A DNA stretch of 64,000 nt. It comes from a virus. The notes beneath the pieces were generated by a model. It searched no databases. It saw nothing but the letters and a program-made list of their open reading frames with translations, and was not told where the DNA came from. Below are positions 18,212 to 27,255 of the stretch, one piece after another. The stretch is from the IMG/VR virus record IMGVR_UViG_3300005532_000007, positions 24,173-88,172 of that record. One strand, given 5' to 3'. A program made the position numbers and the translations under genes. Within the stretch, counting starts at the first letter, position 1. The number at the start of each line of letters is the position of its first letter.

Positions 18212-18340
18212 TCCCTGTCGGCGTCTAAGCGCTACAGCACCAAAGATGCTCTAGCGCTATACGCTACACAGTGTGTAGGGCGTCCCGTCAATGCGACCCG
18301 ATATCCGCTACCTGCGGCTTTCGTGGCAACGACAGAGCAA

Positions 18341-18784
18341 CTATGCGGCTTTCCCGTGGCTGCCGCGGTGCAACTGCGTATCCGACGTGTGCGCCGCCAA
18401 ATCAGCCTTAATCGCCTGAACCACCCGCTGCACATCCTCAATCCGCGATGTCAACCGCGCCTCGGCCCGACCCACCTCACCGGTCACAAACTCCGGCAAA
18501 GCAGCGATCGCCTGCTGCTGCTGATGCACGATCCCCGAGATCGCCTCAAGGGTCTGCGTGGTCTCCGTGTGCCGAGATTCGGCCAGCTCAACATATGCGT
18601 GGAAGTCCAGCCTCAGCGTGCCCAGATCAGACTTGATCCCGGCGACGTCATCACGCACCGCGTTCTGGCCAGCCGCAAGAGCAGCGATCGCCGCACCATG
18701 CTCACCCTGCACACGAGCCACCGCGCCGATCGCATCCAACACGTCACGCAGCGTCGGCTCGCCAGCGGGCTGAGGGCTCGTCAT
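18341..18784 (-). CDS. Coiled-coil hypothetical protein
   Basis: Heptad-like composition. Confidence 0.55.
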   Translation of the reverse strand: MTSPQPAGEPTLRDVLDAIGAVARVQGEHGAAIAALAAGQNAVRDDVAGIKSDLGTLRLDFHAYVELAESRHTETTQTLEAISGIVHQQQQAIAALPEFVTGEVGRAEARLTSRIEDVQRVVQAIKADLAAHTSDTQLHRGSHGKAA

Positions 18785-19114
18785 GACACCACCGTACCGG
18801 GCGGCGCTGCACGCATAAAGCGACTCTCCGGAAACGCATCAGCACGCGGCTTGATCAGCAAAGACGCACGGAAACGAGAAACGCTTCAATGCGTCATTAT
18901 TGAGGGGCACTCACTACCCCAAGCAAAAGGAAAGGCCGGTTCCCGGGGAAGGAACCGGCCCCCACGATCAGCGAGTTGGCCGCTCGCCAGACCACTTGCG
19001 CTAAGGAGTCGCGACACCCGATGGACAACACGATCAACTCATCCACAAAGCAGTCGCACTCATGACGATAACGCATCTCGCCGACAGCCGCCGCCGACCA
19101 CCACGCGGTGCCTC

Positions 19115-19897
19115 GTGAGCCACGAAGCCATCGACTGGGCCATCAAGCAGGACGCACGCGGCAACGCCCCCCGGAAGCTGATCCTCATCCTCCTCGCCAA
19201 CCGCGCCGACGACGCATGGGTCTGCTGGCCAAGCAACCGCCTGATCGCCGAGGAGTCCGGGCTGAGCATCCGACAAGTCGTCCGACACATCGCATCACTC
19301 GAACAGGACGGCCTGATCCGGCGCGTGCCCTGGGAACGGGCAGATGGCGGCCAAGGCGCGAACGTCTTCGCGCTCGGCCCAACAGCCACCGATGCCCCCG
19401 TGTCATGTACGACACGGGGAGGGGGTCATGTACGACATGGGGGGTGGGTCACTGATGACACCCCCCGGGTGTCATACACGACACCCCTAGAACCCAAAGA
19501 AGAAACCACAAAGAACCCTCACTCATCCGGCCCGCGCGAAGAATCGCGGGGCCGCTCGCTCGCTGACGCGAACGAGACGCACACGCCGCACCAGCCAACC
19601 GAACGCGAACTCTGGCAAGCGATCCGCGCCACCGCGCTCCACAACCCCGACACCTACCAACGGCAAATCGACACCATCCGCGCCCGCGCACCCCGGCTCT
19701 GGCGAGACGCCACAGACGCCGCGTTCACGCAGTTCCGAGAGAACGACTCTCCCCACCAGCACGACCCCGCGCAGGTCGCATTGCTCGCCTACCAGTACGT
19801 GATCCAGATGCGGGCACCGGATTGGCCGGCGTGGCTGCTCGGTCCGCTGCTGCCGATGCTCGCCACAACCCAAACCGACACCACCCGCGCCGCATGA
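19115..19897 (+). CDS. HTH_36 replication-initiator-like protein
   Basis: MSHEAIDWA...KLILILLANRADD..CWPSNRLIAEESGLSIRQVVRHIASLEQDGLI; internal iterons. Confidence 0.8.
   Translation: MSHEAIDWAIKQDARGNAPRKLILILLANRADDAWVCWPSNRLIAEESGLSIRQVVRHIASLEQDGLIRRVPWERADGGQGANVFALGPTATDAPVSCTTRGGGHVRHGGWVTDDTPRVSYTTPLEPKEETTKNPHSSGPREESRGRSLADANETHTPHQPTERELWQAIRATALHNPDTYQRQIDTIRARAPRLWRDATDAAFTQFRENDSPHQHDPAQVALLAYQYVIQMRAPDWPAWLLGPLLPMLATTQTDTTRAA
19400..19484. repeat. Four iterons GTCA-N5-GACA at an exact 23-bp period (putative origin)
   Basis: GTCA starts at 19402, 19425, 19448 and 19471. Confidence 0.8.
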
Positions 19898-19914
19898 CCA
19901 GCACCGGAGCAACC

Positions 19915-20034
19915 ATGGCCGAAGCGAAATCGCAGGTTCACATAGTGCCTGTCGGCTTTGCCGACGCGTGCGCCTTCAGTGAGTTGCGCGGCACCGAAGG
20001 CGTGCAGCGCACCCTGTGGGAGGCCGCCGCGTGA
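19915..20034 (+). pseudogene. Internally deleted remnant of an XF1762-like phage gene
   Basis: Retains only the N-terminal HIVPVGFADACAF and C-terminal RGTEGVQRTLWEA segments; family recalled from memory. Confidence 0.4.
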
Positions 20035-20039
20035 TCATT

Positions 20040-20873
20040 TCAGCACTTCGTCCAACCACCCGTCGGATCCGAACACACCTGCGCCGACGCGATGTTGTAC
20101 CCGCCATCCGCGCTCGCGCTGTTGCTCGTCTGATCCGCGAACCCGCCCAGATCGTCGATCTGCACGGTGGTTGTGCACGACACGCTGCCGCCGCCTTGCA
20201 GTTGCGCGCTGGTGACGTAGTACAGAGCGCCCTGGGTGAGCGGGTCGGTGTGGCTGAACGGAAGGCTCGACGCGGAGTGCTGCGACCCGTTCGGGCCGTA
20301 GGTGATGTTCACGCCACCGTGCCCGGTACAGGCGTAGGTGACTTGTTCGGGGGCGGGTGTTGCGGCGACGGTCGGGGACGGCGACGGGTCCTGCGTATAG
20401 AGCACGCCGCCGAGAATCCCCTCGGCTTGCTGCGCGTAGGCCGGCGGAGCCTCCAGGGACCAGTTCACGCCGGTGAGCATCACGCGGCCGTCGTCGAACT
20501 GGAAGTGCGCCGAGACCAGGCTCATGACGTCGCTGTGTGCTTTGAAGACCACGATGTCGACGTCGAGGGAGGCGGTGTTCGGGCTTGCGCATTCGTCGGA
20601 GGCGATTGCGTTGTCGAGTTGCGATGGGTCCTGTGCCTGTACCGATCCGCAGGGCGCACCGCCGTATGCGAGTGCGCGTTCGATTTGTTCGGCGTCTCCG
20701 TAGGTGCCGCCATCTGCGGGCAGTTGCGTGGCGACTGGGCTGACGGCCGGGGTGGTCGGTGGTGGGGTGGATGCGTCTGCGGCCGGCTTGTTGCCGCTCG
20801 ACGAGCAGCCGCACGCCAGACCCACAACCAGACCCACAACGACCGCCGCAAATCGACAACGCATCAGCCCCAC
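20040..20873 (-). CDS. Lipoprotein with MmpS-like C-terminal domain
   Basis: Signal peptide with LACGC lipobox; VTYACTG...ITYG...LPFS...VSCT. Confidence 0.7.
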   Translation of the reverse strand: MGLMRCRFAAVVVGLVVGLACGCSSSGNKPAADASTPPPTTPAVSPVATQLPADGGTYGDAEQIERALAYGGAPCGSVQAQDPSQLDNAIASDECASPNTASLDVDIVVFKAHSDVMSLVSAHFQFDDGRVMLTGVNWSLEAPPAYAQQAEGILGGVLYTQDPSPSPTVAATPAPEQVTYACTGHGGVNITYGPNGSQHSASSLPFSHTDPLTQGALYYVTSAQLQGGGSVSCTTTVQIDDLGGFADQTSNSASADGGYNIASAQVCSDPTGGWTKC

Positions 20874-20914
20874 CTCTCACGATTCGCTATCAGTGCTCGC
20901 ACGGTAACGCCGGG

Positions 20915-20932
20915 CGCTGACTGCTTACAGCA
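20915..20932. promoter_or_regulatory. Probable phage-repressor operator
   Basis: CGCTGACTGCTTACAGCA fits the GCTGA-N6-(T/A)CAG motif of the immunity region; lies between divergent genes. Confidence 0.45.
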
Positions 20933-20974
20933 CTTTGACGCAACCGTGACCGCGACGACTGGAAGGACCCGAAC

Positions 20975-21736
20975 GTGACCACTGCAACGCTCCCCACCAT
21001 TCCGATCGAACGCCCCGACGACGGGATCGCCATCGTCACCCTCACCGCCCCGCTCGACGCCGACACGACTGCGGCCCTGCGCGGCACGCTCACCGCGCTC
21101 TCCGCCGAGGGACGCCGGCACGTGGCCATCGATCTGGCCTCTGTAGTTTTCGCTGGCACCGCCGCTGGGATTGCGGATCTTGCCCGCCAGGTTGAGAGCC
21201 AGCGTGCGGCGGCCGGAGACCTGTACCTGATCAGCCCGCCCAGCGGCCTCGCGGAGGCAGTCAAGGCCCGCGCGTTCAGGGACCGGGCGTTCTGGGACCG
21301 GTTCGGCGGCCTGCGCCTCATGCCGATGCCGCACCCGATCCGGTACACGCCCATCGACCGGGTCCTGGCCGACTCGGAGGTCTTCTACGGCGTGCCGGTC
21401 GTGGAGATCGGCGAGGACGGCGAGATCGTGCTGGTCCTCGGGCATCACGAGCCGCGCAGGTTCTACGCTGCGCTGTGCGCGTTCGCCCGTCGTAACGGCT
21501 GCGACCCGGCCGACTACCTGCTGGACCGGGTCGAGGACTTGGCTGGGTTCGCGGCGAAGGCGACTGGCTGGCATGTGATATACACGCACGCCGACCGGGC
21601 GACGCTCGGCAACGCGCTGCCGGGCGACGACCCGCAGTGGTGTGTGTGCGACGAGGGCTGCGGCTGGTACGCGGACCAGGTCGTCGAGGGCACTGAGCGC
21701 GCGGTCCCGACGATGACGTACTGGATCGGGGGCTGA
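20975..21736 (+). CDS. STAS (anti-anti-sigma) domain fused to a phage domain
   Basis: VTLTAPLDADTTAALR...VAIDLASVVF; canonical DS(S/T)G phospho-site replaced by GTAAG. Confidence 0.7.
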   Translation: MTTATLPTIPIERPDDGIAIVTLTAPLDADTTAALRGTLTALSAEGRRHVAIDLASVVFAGTAAGIADLARQVESQRAAAGDLYLISPPSGLAEAVKARAFRDRAFWDRFGGLRLMPMPHPIRYTPIDRVLADSEVFYGVPVVEIGEDGEIVLVLGHHEPRRFYAALCAFARRNGCDPADYLLDRVEDLAGFAAKATGWHVIYTHADRATLGNALPGDDPQWCVCDEGCGWYADQVVEGTERAVPTMTYWIGG

Positions 21737-21737
21737 G

Positions 21738-22412
21738 GTGACCACACCAACCGCTCCCCCGCCGCCTGGGATTCTTTCGCACGCCGACCTGCGCGACGCG
21801 GTCGAATTCGCACTCACCAACACCCCCGCGAAGCACGCGGCGGACCGCGGCGGCCAGATCGACACGCACGGCACTGAGCATCGCTACAACGGCAGCTGCG
21901 CTTTATGCCGTGGTGAGGCGGACACGCTCACCGACGCCGTCATAAACCTGATGGGCGACCAGAACCCGAAACCACACGCTGATGAAGCCGCGCGGATCGT
22001 GCGCGCTTTCGCCGTGCGCTGGATACTCAAGATCGCCGAGGAAGGCTACGCGAAGGGTTTCGACGCTTTCGACGAGCAGGGTAAGCCGATCCGGATGACA
22101 CCGGAGCATCTGCTCACCGTCGTTACTGACCGGATGCTCGCGATTGCTCATGACCGGCAGCCGTATCCGACGCCGTTCGCGTATGAGCAGGCGTGTGAGG
22201 CGCTGCGTAAGCACCGTGAGCGCGCGGACGCTGCGGAGGCGCGCGTTGACGCGCTACGTGCGCTGCCTGAGCGGTTGCGTGTTACGGCGGCCGCGGCTGG
22301 CCCGAATCCTGATGCGCGGCGTGCCGCGTTGCGTGAGGCGGCGCTGCTGATCGACAAGGCGCTGATCGACACCGCGCCCAACCCGTTGACTGCCCCAGAA
22401 GTCGAGGGCTGA
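21738..22412 (+). CDS. Hypothetical protein
   Basis: YPTPFAYEQACEALRKHRERA segment; part of a + strand operon. Confidence 0.6.
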   Translation: MTTPTAPPPPGILSHADLRDAVEFALTNTPAKHAADRGGQIDTHGTEHRYNGSCALCRGEADTLTDAVINLMGDQNPKPHADEAARIVRAFAVRWILKIAEEGYAKGFDAFDEQGKPIRMTPEHLLTVVTDRMLAIAHDRQPYPTPFAYEQACEALRKHRERADAAEARVDALRALPERLRVTAAAAGPNPDARRAALREAALLIDKALIDTAPNPLTAPEVEG

Positions 22413-22415
22413 GCG

Positions 22416-22655
22416 ATGGCGACCTATTCGCGCCGTGAGCGCATCACCCGCACCGTCGAATTCCCCGTCCCAGCCGAACCACCGTACGGCGCGTGCTGGG
22501 CCGAAGTCTGGAAAGCGTTCAATGCAGCCAGGCAGGAACTGGTAGCGGCTGGCCTGCTGGAGAAGGACGTCATGCCGCCTGACGACGTGATCCGGATCCT
22601 CGCGGGCGACGACGAGGTCATCGTCTGCTACGAGATGGAAGAAGCCAAGCCATGA
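22416..22655 (+). CDS. Hypothetical protein
   Basis: GAGG RBS; ATGA-coupled to the next gene. Confidence 0.65.
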   Translation: MATYSRRERITRTVEFPVPAEPPYGACWAEVWKAFNAARQELVAAGLLEKDVMPPDDVIRILAGDDEVIVCYEMEEAKP

Positions 22656-23278
22656 CCGGCTGGGAAATGTACGGGCACGAACGCCAACGCTTCGAGCGCG
22701 ACGCCGACCCACAGACCATCACCGAGCGACTCGTCAAAGCACGCCAAGAACTCGCCACCCTGCAGGCGCACATCGAATGGCTCGACAAGCTCTACAACCA
22801 GCGCGTCACCGAACAAGCCGCAGGCACCTGGCCCTACCCGCCGAACCCGCGCGCCGAGCGCTTCCCCTGCGGCCGGTCGCACGTATGCGTTTCGTGCTCG
22901 CCGGAGCTCGACGTGCGCGGGCCCGGCTGCATCAACTGCCGCCAGACCGGCTATGACCAGACGCCCTGCCTCGCCTGCGCGAAAGCGATCCGCGGCCGAA
23001 CCCCGATAGGTTCAGACCTCGGCATGCTGATCGAGGCCGCCGAGCAGGTCATCTCCACGCAGTTCGGTTCCCGCTCCATGGTCCAGCGGCGCCTGCGCGT
23101 CGGGTTCGCCAAGGTCGGGCATCTCATGGACTTGTTGGAGGAGCGGGACATCATCGCTCCGGGTGTCGGCTCGGCCGCTCGGCGGGTGCTTGTGCCGCGA
23201 GACAGGCTCGCCGAGGCCATCGACGCGATTCGGTCCGAAGCCGGCACCGAGACGACGAGCCCGAGGACAAACCAGTGA
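22652..23278 (+). CDS. Zn-ribbon protein with stand-alone FtsK gamma domain
   Basis: CxxC pairs then [38 protein letters not shown]...VLV. Confidence 0.85.
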   Translation: MTGWEMYGHERQRFERDADPQTITERLVKARQELATLQAHIEWLDKLYNQRVTEQAAGTWPYPPNPRAERFPCGRSHVCVSCSPELDVRGPGCINCRQTGYDQTPCLACAKAIRGRTPIGSDLGMLIEAAEQVISTQFGSRSMVQRRLRVGFAKVGHLMDLLEERDIIAPGVGSAARRVLVPRDRLAEAIDAIRSEAGTETTSPRTNQ

Positions 23279-23565
23279 TCCGCGACTACTCAGCCGGCGC
23301 CACTGGCGTCACGCTCCCCCACCAGCGCCTCACCTGGCATCCCGCGGCCAGCATCCGCCTGCACCCCGTGGGCGACTGGCCGACTCCTGTCGCCGAGCCG
23401 AAGACCACGCTCGCGATCAACTCGGTCGCGTTCGCGGACGGCTGGGTCATCACCAGCGGCGGCGGCCCTGAACAGCCCGCAGTGGTGGTCGCCTATCCCG
23501 CATGGCGCGTGATCGAGATCGCCTTGCAACCGATCCCCACAAAGCAGGAGGTTGATCGTGATTGA
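23275..23565 (+). CDS. Hypothetical protein
   Basis: GTGA-coupled ORF. Confidence 0.5.
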   Translation: MIRDYSAGATGVTLPHQRLTWHPAASIRLHPVGDWPTPVAEPKTTLAINSVAFADGWVITSGGGPEQPAVVVAYPAWRVIEIALQPIPTKQEVDRD

Positions 23566-24046
23566 GATTCGCGGGTTATCGGTCCGCCAGCCCTGGGCGG
23601 CGTGCATCGCCTCCGGCCGCAAGACCACCGAGAACCGCACCTGGCCCACCCGCTACCGCGGCCCGGTCCTCATCCACGCCGCGCAAGCTGTCGACACCGA
23701 CGCCCTGCAGATCAGCGCGAGGCGCGAACACATGTGGCGCGCCCTCGCCGCCGATCCCACACTCGTCCACGTACGCGGCGCCGTGATTGCGATCGCGCGC
23801 CTGACCGACTGCCACCTCGAAGACCACCAGGGCTGCTGCGCCCCGTGGGGCGAGACCGGCCGCGGGATCTGGCATTGGACGCTTCAGGATGTGGTCAAGC
23901 TATCGAGCCCGGTGCCGTGCAAGGGTCGGCTGGGGTTGTGGATCCCGGACGGCGGGTTGATGGCGGCGTTGCGGGAGCCGTTGGGGTTGACGGATGCTGT
24001 GCTCGCCGAATACACGCTCACCGCCGCGGCGAAAGCAGCCCGGTGA
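23552..24046 (+). CDS. ASCH domain protein
   Basis: LSVRQPWA...GRKTTENRTW.T.YRGPVLIHA...CKGRLGLW. Confidence 0.9.
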   Translation: MIVIEIRGLSVRQPWAACIASGRKTTENRTWPTRYRGPVLIHAAQAVDTDALQISARREHMWRALAADPTLVHVRGAVIAIARLTDCHLEDHQGCCAPWGETGRGIWHWTLQDVVKLSSPVPCKGRLGLWIPDGGLMAALREPLGLTDAVLAEYTLTAAAKAAR

Positions 24047-24393
24047 CCTCCAGCGTCGGTCCGCGTCTGGGCCCCGAGGACACCGAGCCCCGCGCGATCT
24101 GCGGCTACGCCGACGACGAACAAGCCCCACGCTGCCAGGCCCCTGCGGAGATCCACCTATGGGTCCTGATGCCCGACGGGTACGAGACGATGCTCGCCGC
24201 CTGCCTACGCCACTACCCGATCGCGCGCCTGGTCGGCACGGTGATCGACCGGCACCGTCATTGGGGCGTGTGCGGGCTGCCGGGCACGGTGTGGTCGTTC
24301 GATCTGCAGCAGTGCGTGCTCGACGACAGCGGCCAAGAACCGGAACGGTCCGCCGAGAACGCGTCGCCCGTTCTCACCGCCGCCCACGCATGA
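24043..24393 (+). CDS. Cys/His-rich hypothetical protein
   Basis: GTGA/ATGA coupled on both sides. Confidence 0.55.
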   Translation: MTSSVGPRLGPEDTEPRAICGYADDEQAPRCQAPAEIHLWVLMPDGYETMLAACLRHYPIARLVGTVIDRHRHWGVCGLPGTVWSFDLQQCVLDDSGQEPERSAENASPVLTAAHA

Positions 24394-24953
24394 CCAGCCG
24401 CGCCACGAGCGAGCACGCTGCGCGTGAAGCCGAACGCATCCTCACCACACACCACCCCACTGGCACACTGCCCATCCCGGTCGAAGCCATCGCCCACGCC
24501 CTCGGCTACCGCGTCCTACGCAACCACCACGACGGCCCGCAGATCAGCTTCTACCTGCAAGACGCCAACGGGCGCCCGCATCTCGGCCTGAACACCGCGA
24601 TGAGCCACGGCCGGCAGCGGTTCGCCGCGGCGCATGCCCTCGGCCATGGGCTGCTGCATCCTCGTGATCTGGTCATCTGCTCGTGGCTGCGCCTCGACGA
24701 AGACGGCGAGCATCGGCGGCCGGCCGAGGCGACGGACGCGGAGGAGAGCGCGGCGACCCGGTTCGCGACGGAACTGCTCATGCCGCGCCAGGTCTTCATC
24801 GAGCACACAGGCCAGCTACTCGCCGCGCTGCCGCCCAGGTTCACCGACACGGCGCAACGCGACAGCATCGTGCAGGAGTTGGCGCGCGAGTTCGGGGTGA
24901 GCTGGGAGGCTATCCGGTTCCGAATGATGGATCTGGCGATCGTCGGTAACTGA
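24390..24953 (+). CDS. ImmA/IrrE-family metallopeptidase-like protein with HAxxH in place of HExxH
   Basis: PIPVEAIA, RQRFAAAHALGH, EESAATRFATELLMP, LAREFGVS. Confidence 0.8.
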   Translation: MTSRATSEHAAREAERILTTHHPTGTLPIPVEAIAHALGYRVLRNHHDGPQISFYLQDANGRPHLGLNTAMSHGRQRFAAAHALGHGLLHPRDLVICSWLRLDEDGEHRRPAEATDAEESAATRFATELLMPRQVFIEHTGQLLAALPPRFTDTAQRDSIVQELAREFGVSWEAIRFRMMDLAIVGN

Positions 24954-25137
24954 CGGACCGCCCCGGTTCCTCTGGCTGCGGCGCCCCCGCTCGAACGAGG
25001 ACGCCGCACGTGCCTGCCCAGCGTGACGATCAGCTCTGAAAGCCGCCACCGATGACGCTACCGGTTGTCGCCCGGCGTTGCGCCTTAAGCCCGCGAACCC
25101 GGACAGGTGTCCGCGGATCCGGACAGCGCTCACGGTC

Positions 25138-25383
25138 TCAGCTGTCGCTCGCGTGTTCGCGTAGCCGCTCGACCATCGCCACCAACTCGTCCACGACCTC
25201 CCGCCGCAGCAACCGATCCGGACCGAACACGCCATTGCGCGCGAGCCGCATATCCCGCAGCAGCGCCAGCACCGCGGGCCCGGTGCGGATCCCGAACTGC
25301 GCGAGGGGCCGGGTCAGCTCGGACCAGATGGCGAGCGCGATGTCCTCGTCGTCCTGACCCGGCGGTGTCGGCGGGGGCGTCAC
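25138..25383 (-). CDS. Hypothetical protein
   Basis: GTG start; plausible codon usage. Confidence 0.45.
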   Translation of the reverse strand: MTPPPTPPGQDDEDIALAIWSELTRPLAQFGIRTGPAVLALLRDMRLARNGVFGPDRLLRREVVDELVAMVERLREHASDS

Positions 25384-25463
25384 GCGCCCACCACTAGGGC
25401 CACGACACCGGCCGCGGCCAACAGCACCGCCAGACCCGTCAGGAACGCCACAGCGAGCCCCAT

Positions 25464-25913
25464 TCAGCCCTCCCCTGACCCTGCGTCGCCAGAGCCGTTT
25501 TCGGCGCTGTACGACGCCCACAGACGTCTCCCGCGCGCATCCAGCTCCGCGCCCCACTCAAGGCTCGCCGCCTCCAAGCGCGCCACCTGCTCCCGGCCAC
25601 CCGCAGCGAGCAGCCACACCGGCCGCCGCGGCAATGTCTCATGCCGGTCCGCGACCTCCGTGAACAACAACGGCGGATCCCACACCAGCGTTATCTCCAC
25701 CAGCACGTTCGGGTCGTTCGCGCGCAGCCACCCGAGCAGCTCGCCCAGGCCGGTACACGCCGCCGCCTCGAGGTGCCCCAGGCCCCAGTCCGGCAGTTGC
25801 GCCCGCGCGAACAGCCGGGCATTCTCCGCCGCGGAGTCGTCGGCGAGCAGGGACGTGGAGCGGGTTTGCGCGTTCGTCAGCGCCGTCACCACGCCCGCTC
25901 CGTTTCTGGCCAC
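25464..25913 (-). CDS. Degenerate HATPase_c (RsbW-like) ATP-binding protein
   Basis: ARLFARAQLPDWGL..L, EVAD and WGAE..GRRLWA; N-box Asn lost. Confidence 0.6.
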   Translation of the reverse strand: MARNGAGVVTALTNAQTRSTSLLADDSAAENARLFARAQLPDWGLGHLEAAACTGLGELLGWLRANDPNVLVEITLVWDPPLLFTEVADRHETLPRRPVWLLAAGGREQVARLEAASLEWGAELDARGRRLWASYSAENGSGDAGSGEG

Positions 25914-25975
25914 GCCGCATGGTGCCGTGTATTCGTCATGTGACGGACGGTAAACGCGTGTGGTGTTGGCTCGGA

Positions 25976-26120
25976 AGGGCTATTCACGCTCCCGCATATT
26001 GGCTTCCACGTTGCAGCTACGTGCCAACGGTTGCGATGCGTTGCCGGATCGCTGGTTCCTGCTTCACGGACTGGCCAATGCCGAGGTCTCCACAGGCTGC
26101 CACCGCATGCCCTGCGGCGG
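25976..26120 (-). ncRNA. Predicted TnpB omega/reRNA 3' region: right-end hairpin ending GGAAGCCAA at 25999, guide about 25998-25980
   Basis: Overlaps the tnpB 3' end; TTGGC-ACGT...ACGT-GGAA-GCCAA hairpin resembles a degenerate IS605 right end (..GGAAGTCAA); boundaries inferred. Confidence 0.45.
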
Positions 26121-27234
26121 TAAGGATGTTGCGCGCCGCGTTCACGTCGGCGTGCTCGCGATGGCCGCAGGACGTGCAACGGAAGACGGCTTGGCTCTCG
26201 CGCGACTTCGCGTCCACGTGCCTGCATCGCGAACAGGTCTGGCTCGTGTACGGCGCGGGGACTTTCTTCACCTCCGTCCCGGTGTACCGGGCGGCGGAGC
26301 GTAGAGCTCGTTCGAACAGATACCAGCCCTTGTCGAGGATCGTGCGGTTCAATGCCGTCTTCGCTCGCACGTTTCGGCCGGGCTTCTCGACTGTGCCTGC
26401 AGCAGACGAAGTCATGTTCGTCGTCTTCAAGTTCTCGAGGACTACCACTGCGTATCGCACAGCGATCAAGTGGGCTAGCTGGGCGCAGAAGTCCCTACGC
26501 CTTGCTCGTGTGCGGGCGTAATGTCGTTGGATGAGTAGCCTGACCTGCTTCGACTTGCGGGAATCAATGCAAGATCGAGAACGCCGCTGGAGCAACCGCC
26601 GTAATCGCACGCGCTCTGGGGTGGTAGCAAAGAGGCGGTCATAAAACTCAGCATCGCTCGTGACGACGGCAGCTTTCACGCCTCGGTCGACACCGATCGC
26701 CGATGATGGATCCGCATGGCACTTGGGTGCCGTCTCTTCGTCATCGATACAGAATGAGACGAACCAACGTCCTGCGTCATAACTGACAGTCGCATTGCGG
26801 ATTTGGCCTCCGATAGCACGTGTCCATCGGAACCGCGCCCAACCGATCTTCGGCAGCAGAACGCGAGCCCATCTCTTGTTTAACCTCTCGACACGGATCG
26901 CGTAGCCACGGGGGCATCGGAAGGTTGGCTTCCAGTAGCGCGCCGAGCGCCAATGGATCTTCCACACTCCGTGCGTTCGACAGGCCTTATCCAAGTCACG
27001 CAATGCCTGTTGGAGTACCTCGCGCGGCGCTTCTGCAAGCCAATCAGATTCGCGTCGCGCTTCCGTGAACTGACGGGACTGTTCGTTGTAAGAGATGTAG
27101 GCGTCTTTGCGCCGGTAGATGCGGCGCTGTTCCAGGGCGATGTTCCATACGTATCGGCAAGCTTCCGAGACTCGTTCCGCGTTTGCCTGTTGCTCGGGCG
27201 TGAAATCGAGCAGATACTTTCGTCCCGTCAGCAC
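26017..27234 (-). CDS. tnpB: TnpB RNA-guided endonuclease (IS200/IS605 OrfB), no tnpA
   Basis: N-terminal HTH (CRYVWNIAL), RuvC-I IGVDRG, RuvC-II VLENL, CxxC/CxxC ribbon, RuvC-III HADVNAARNI; visibly lower GC. Confidence 0.95.
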   Translation of the reverse strand: MLTGRKYLLDFTPEQQANAERVSEACRYVWNIALEQRRIYRRKDAYISYNEQSRQFTEARRESDWLAEAPREVLQQALRDLDKACRTHGVWKIHWRSARYWKPTFRCPRGYAIRVERLNKRWARVLLPKIGWARFRWTRAIGGQIRNATVSYDAGRWFVSFCIDDEETAPKCHADPSSAIGVDRGVKAAVVTSDAEFYDRLFATTPERVRLRRLLQRRSRSCIDSRKSKQVRLLIQRHYARTRARRRDFCAQLAHLIAVRYAVVVLENLKTTNMTSSAAGTVEKPGRNVRAKTALNRTILDKGWYLFERALRSAARYTGTEVKKVPAPYTSQTCSRCRHVDAKSRESQAVFRCTSCGHREHADVNAARNILTAAGHAVAACGDLGIGQSVKQEPAIRQRIATVGT

Positions 27235-27255
27235 GCGAACGCCCTCATGAGAGCC

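Noticed and set aside
17459-19114. N-terminal two-thirds of the 812-aa + strand ORF
   Set aside because: Antisense shadow of the GntR and 18341 genes; only 19115-19897 resembles a real protein
19400-19484. Mini CRISPR array
   Set aside because: The period is only 23 bp, the repeats lie inside a rep gene, and there are no cas genes
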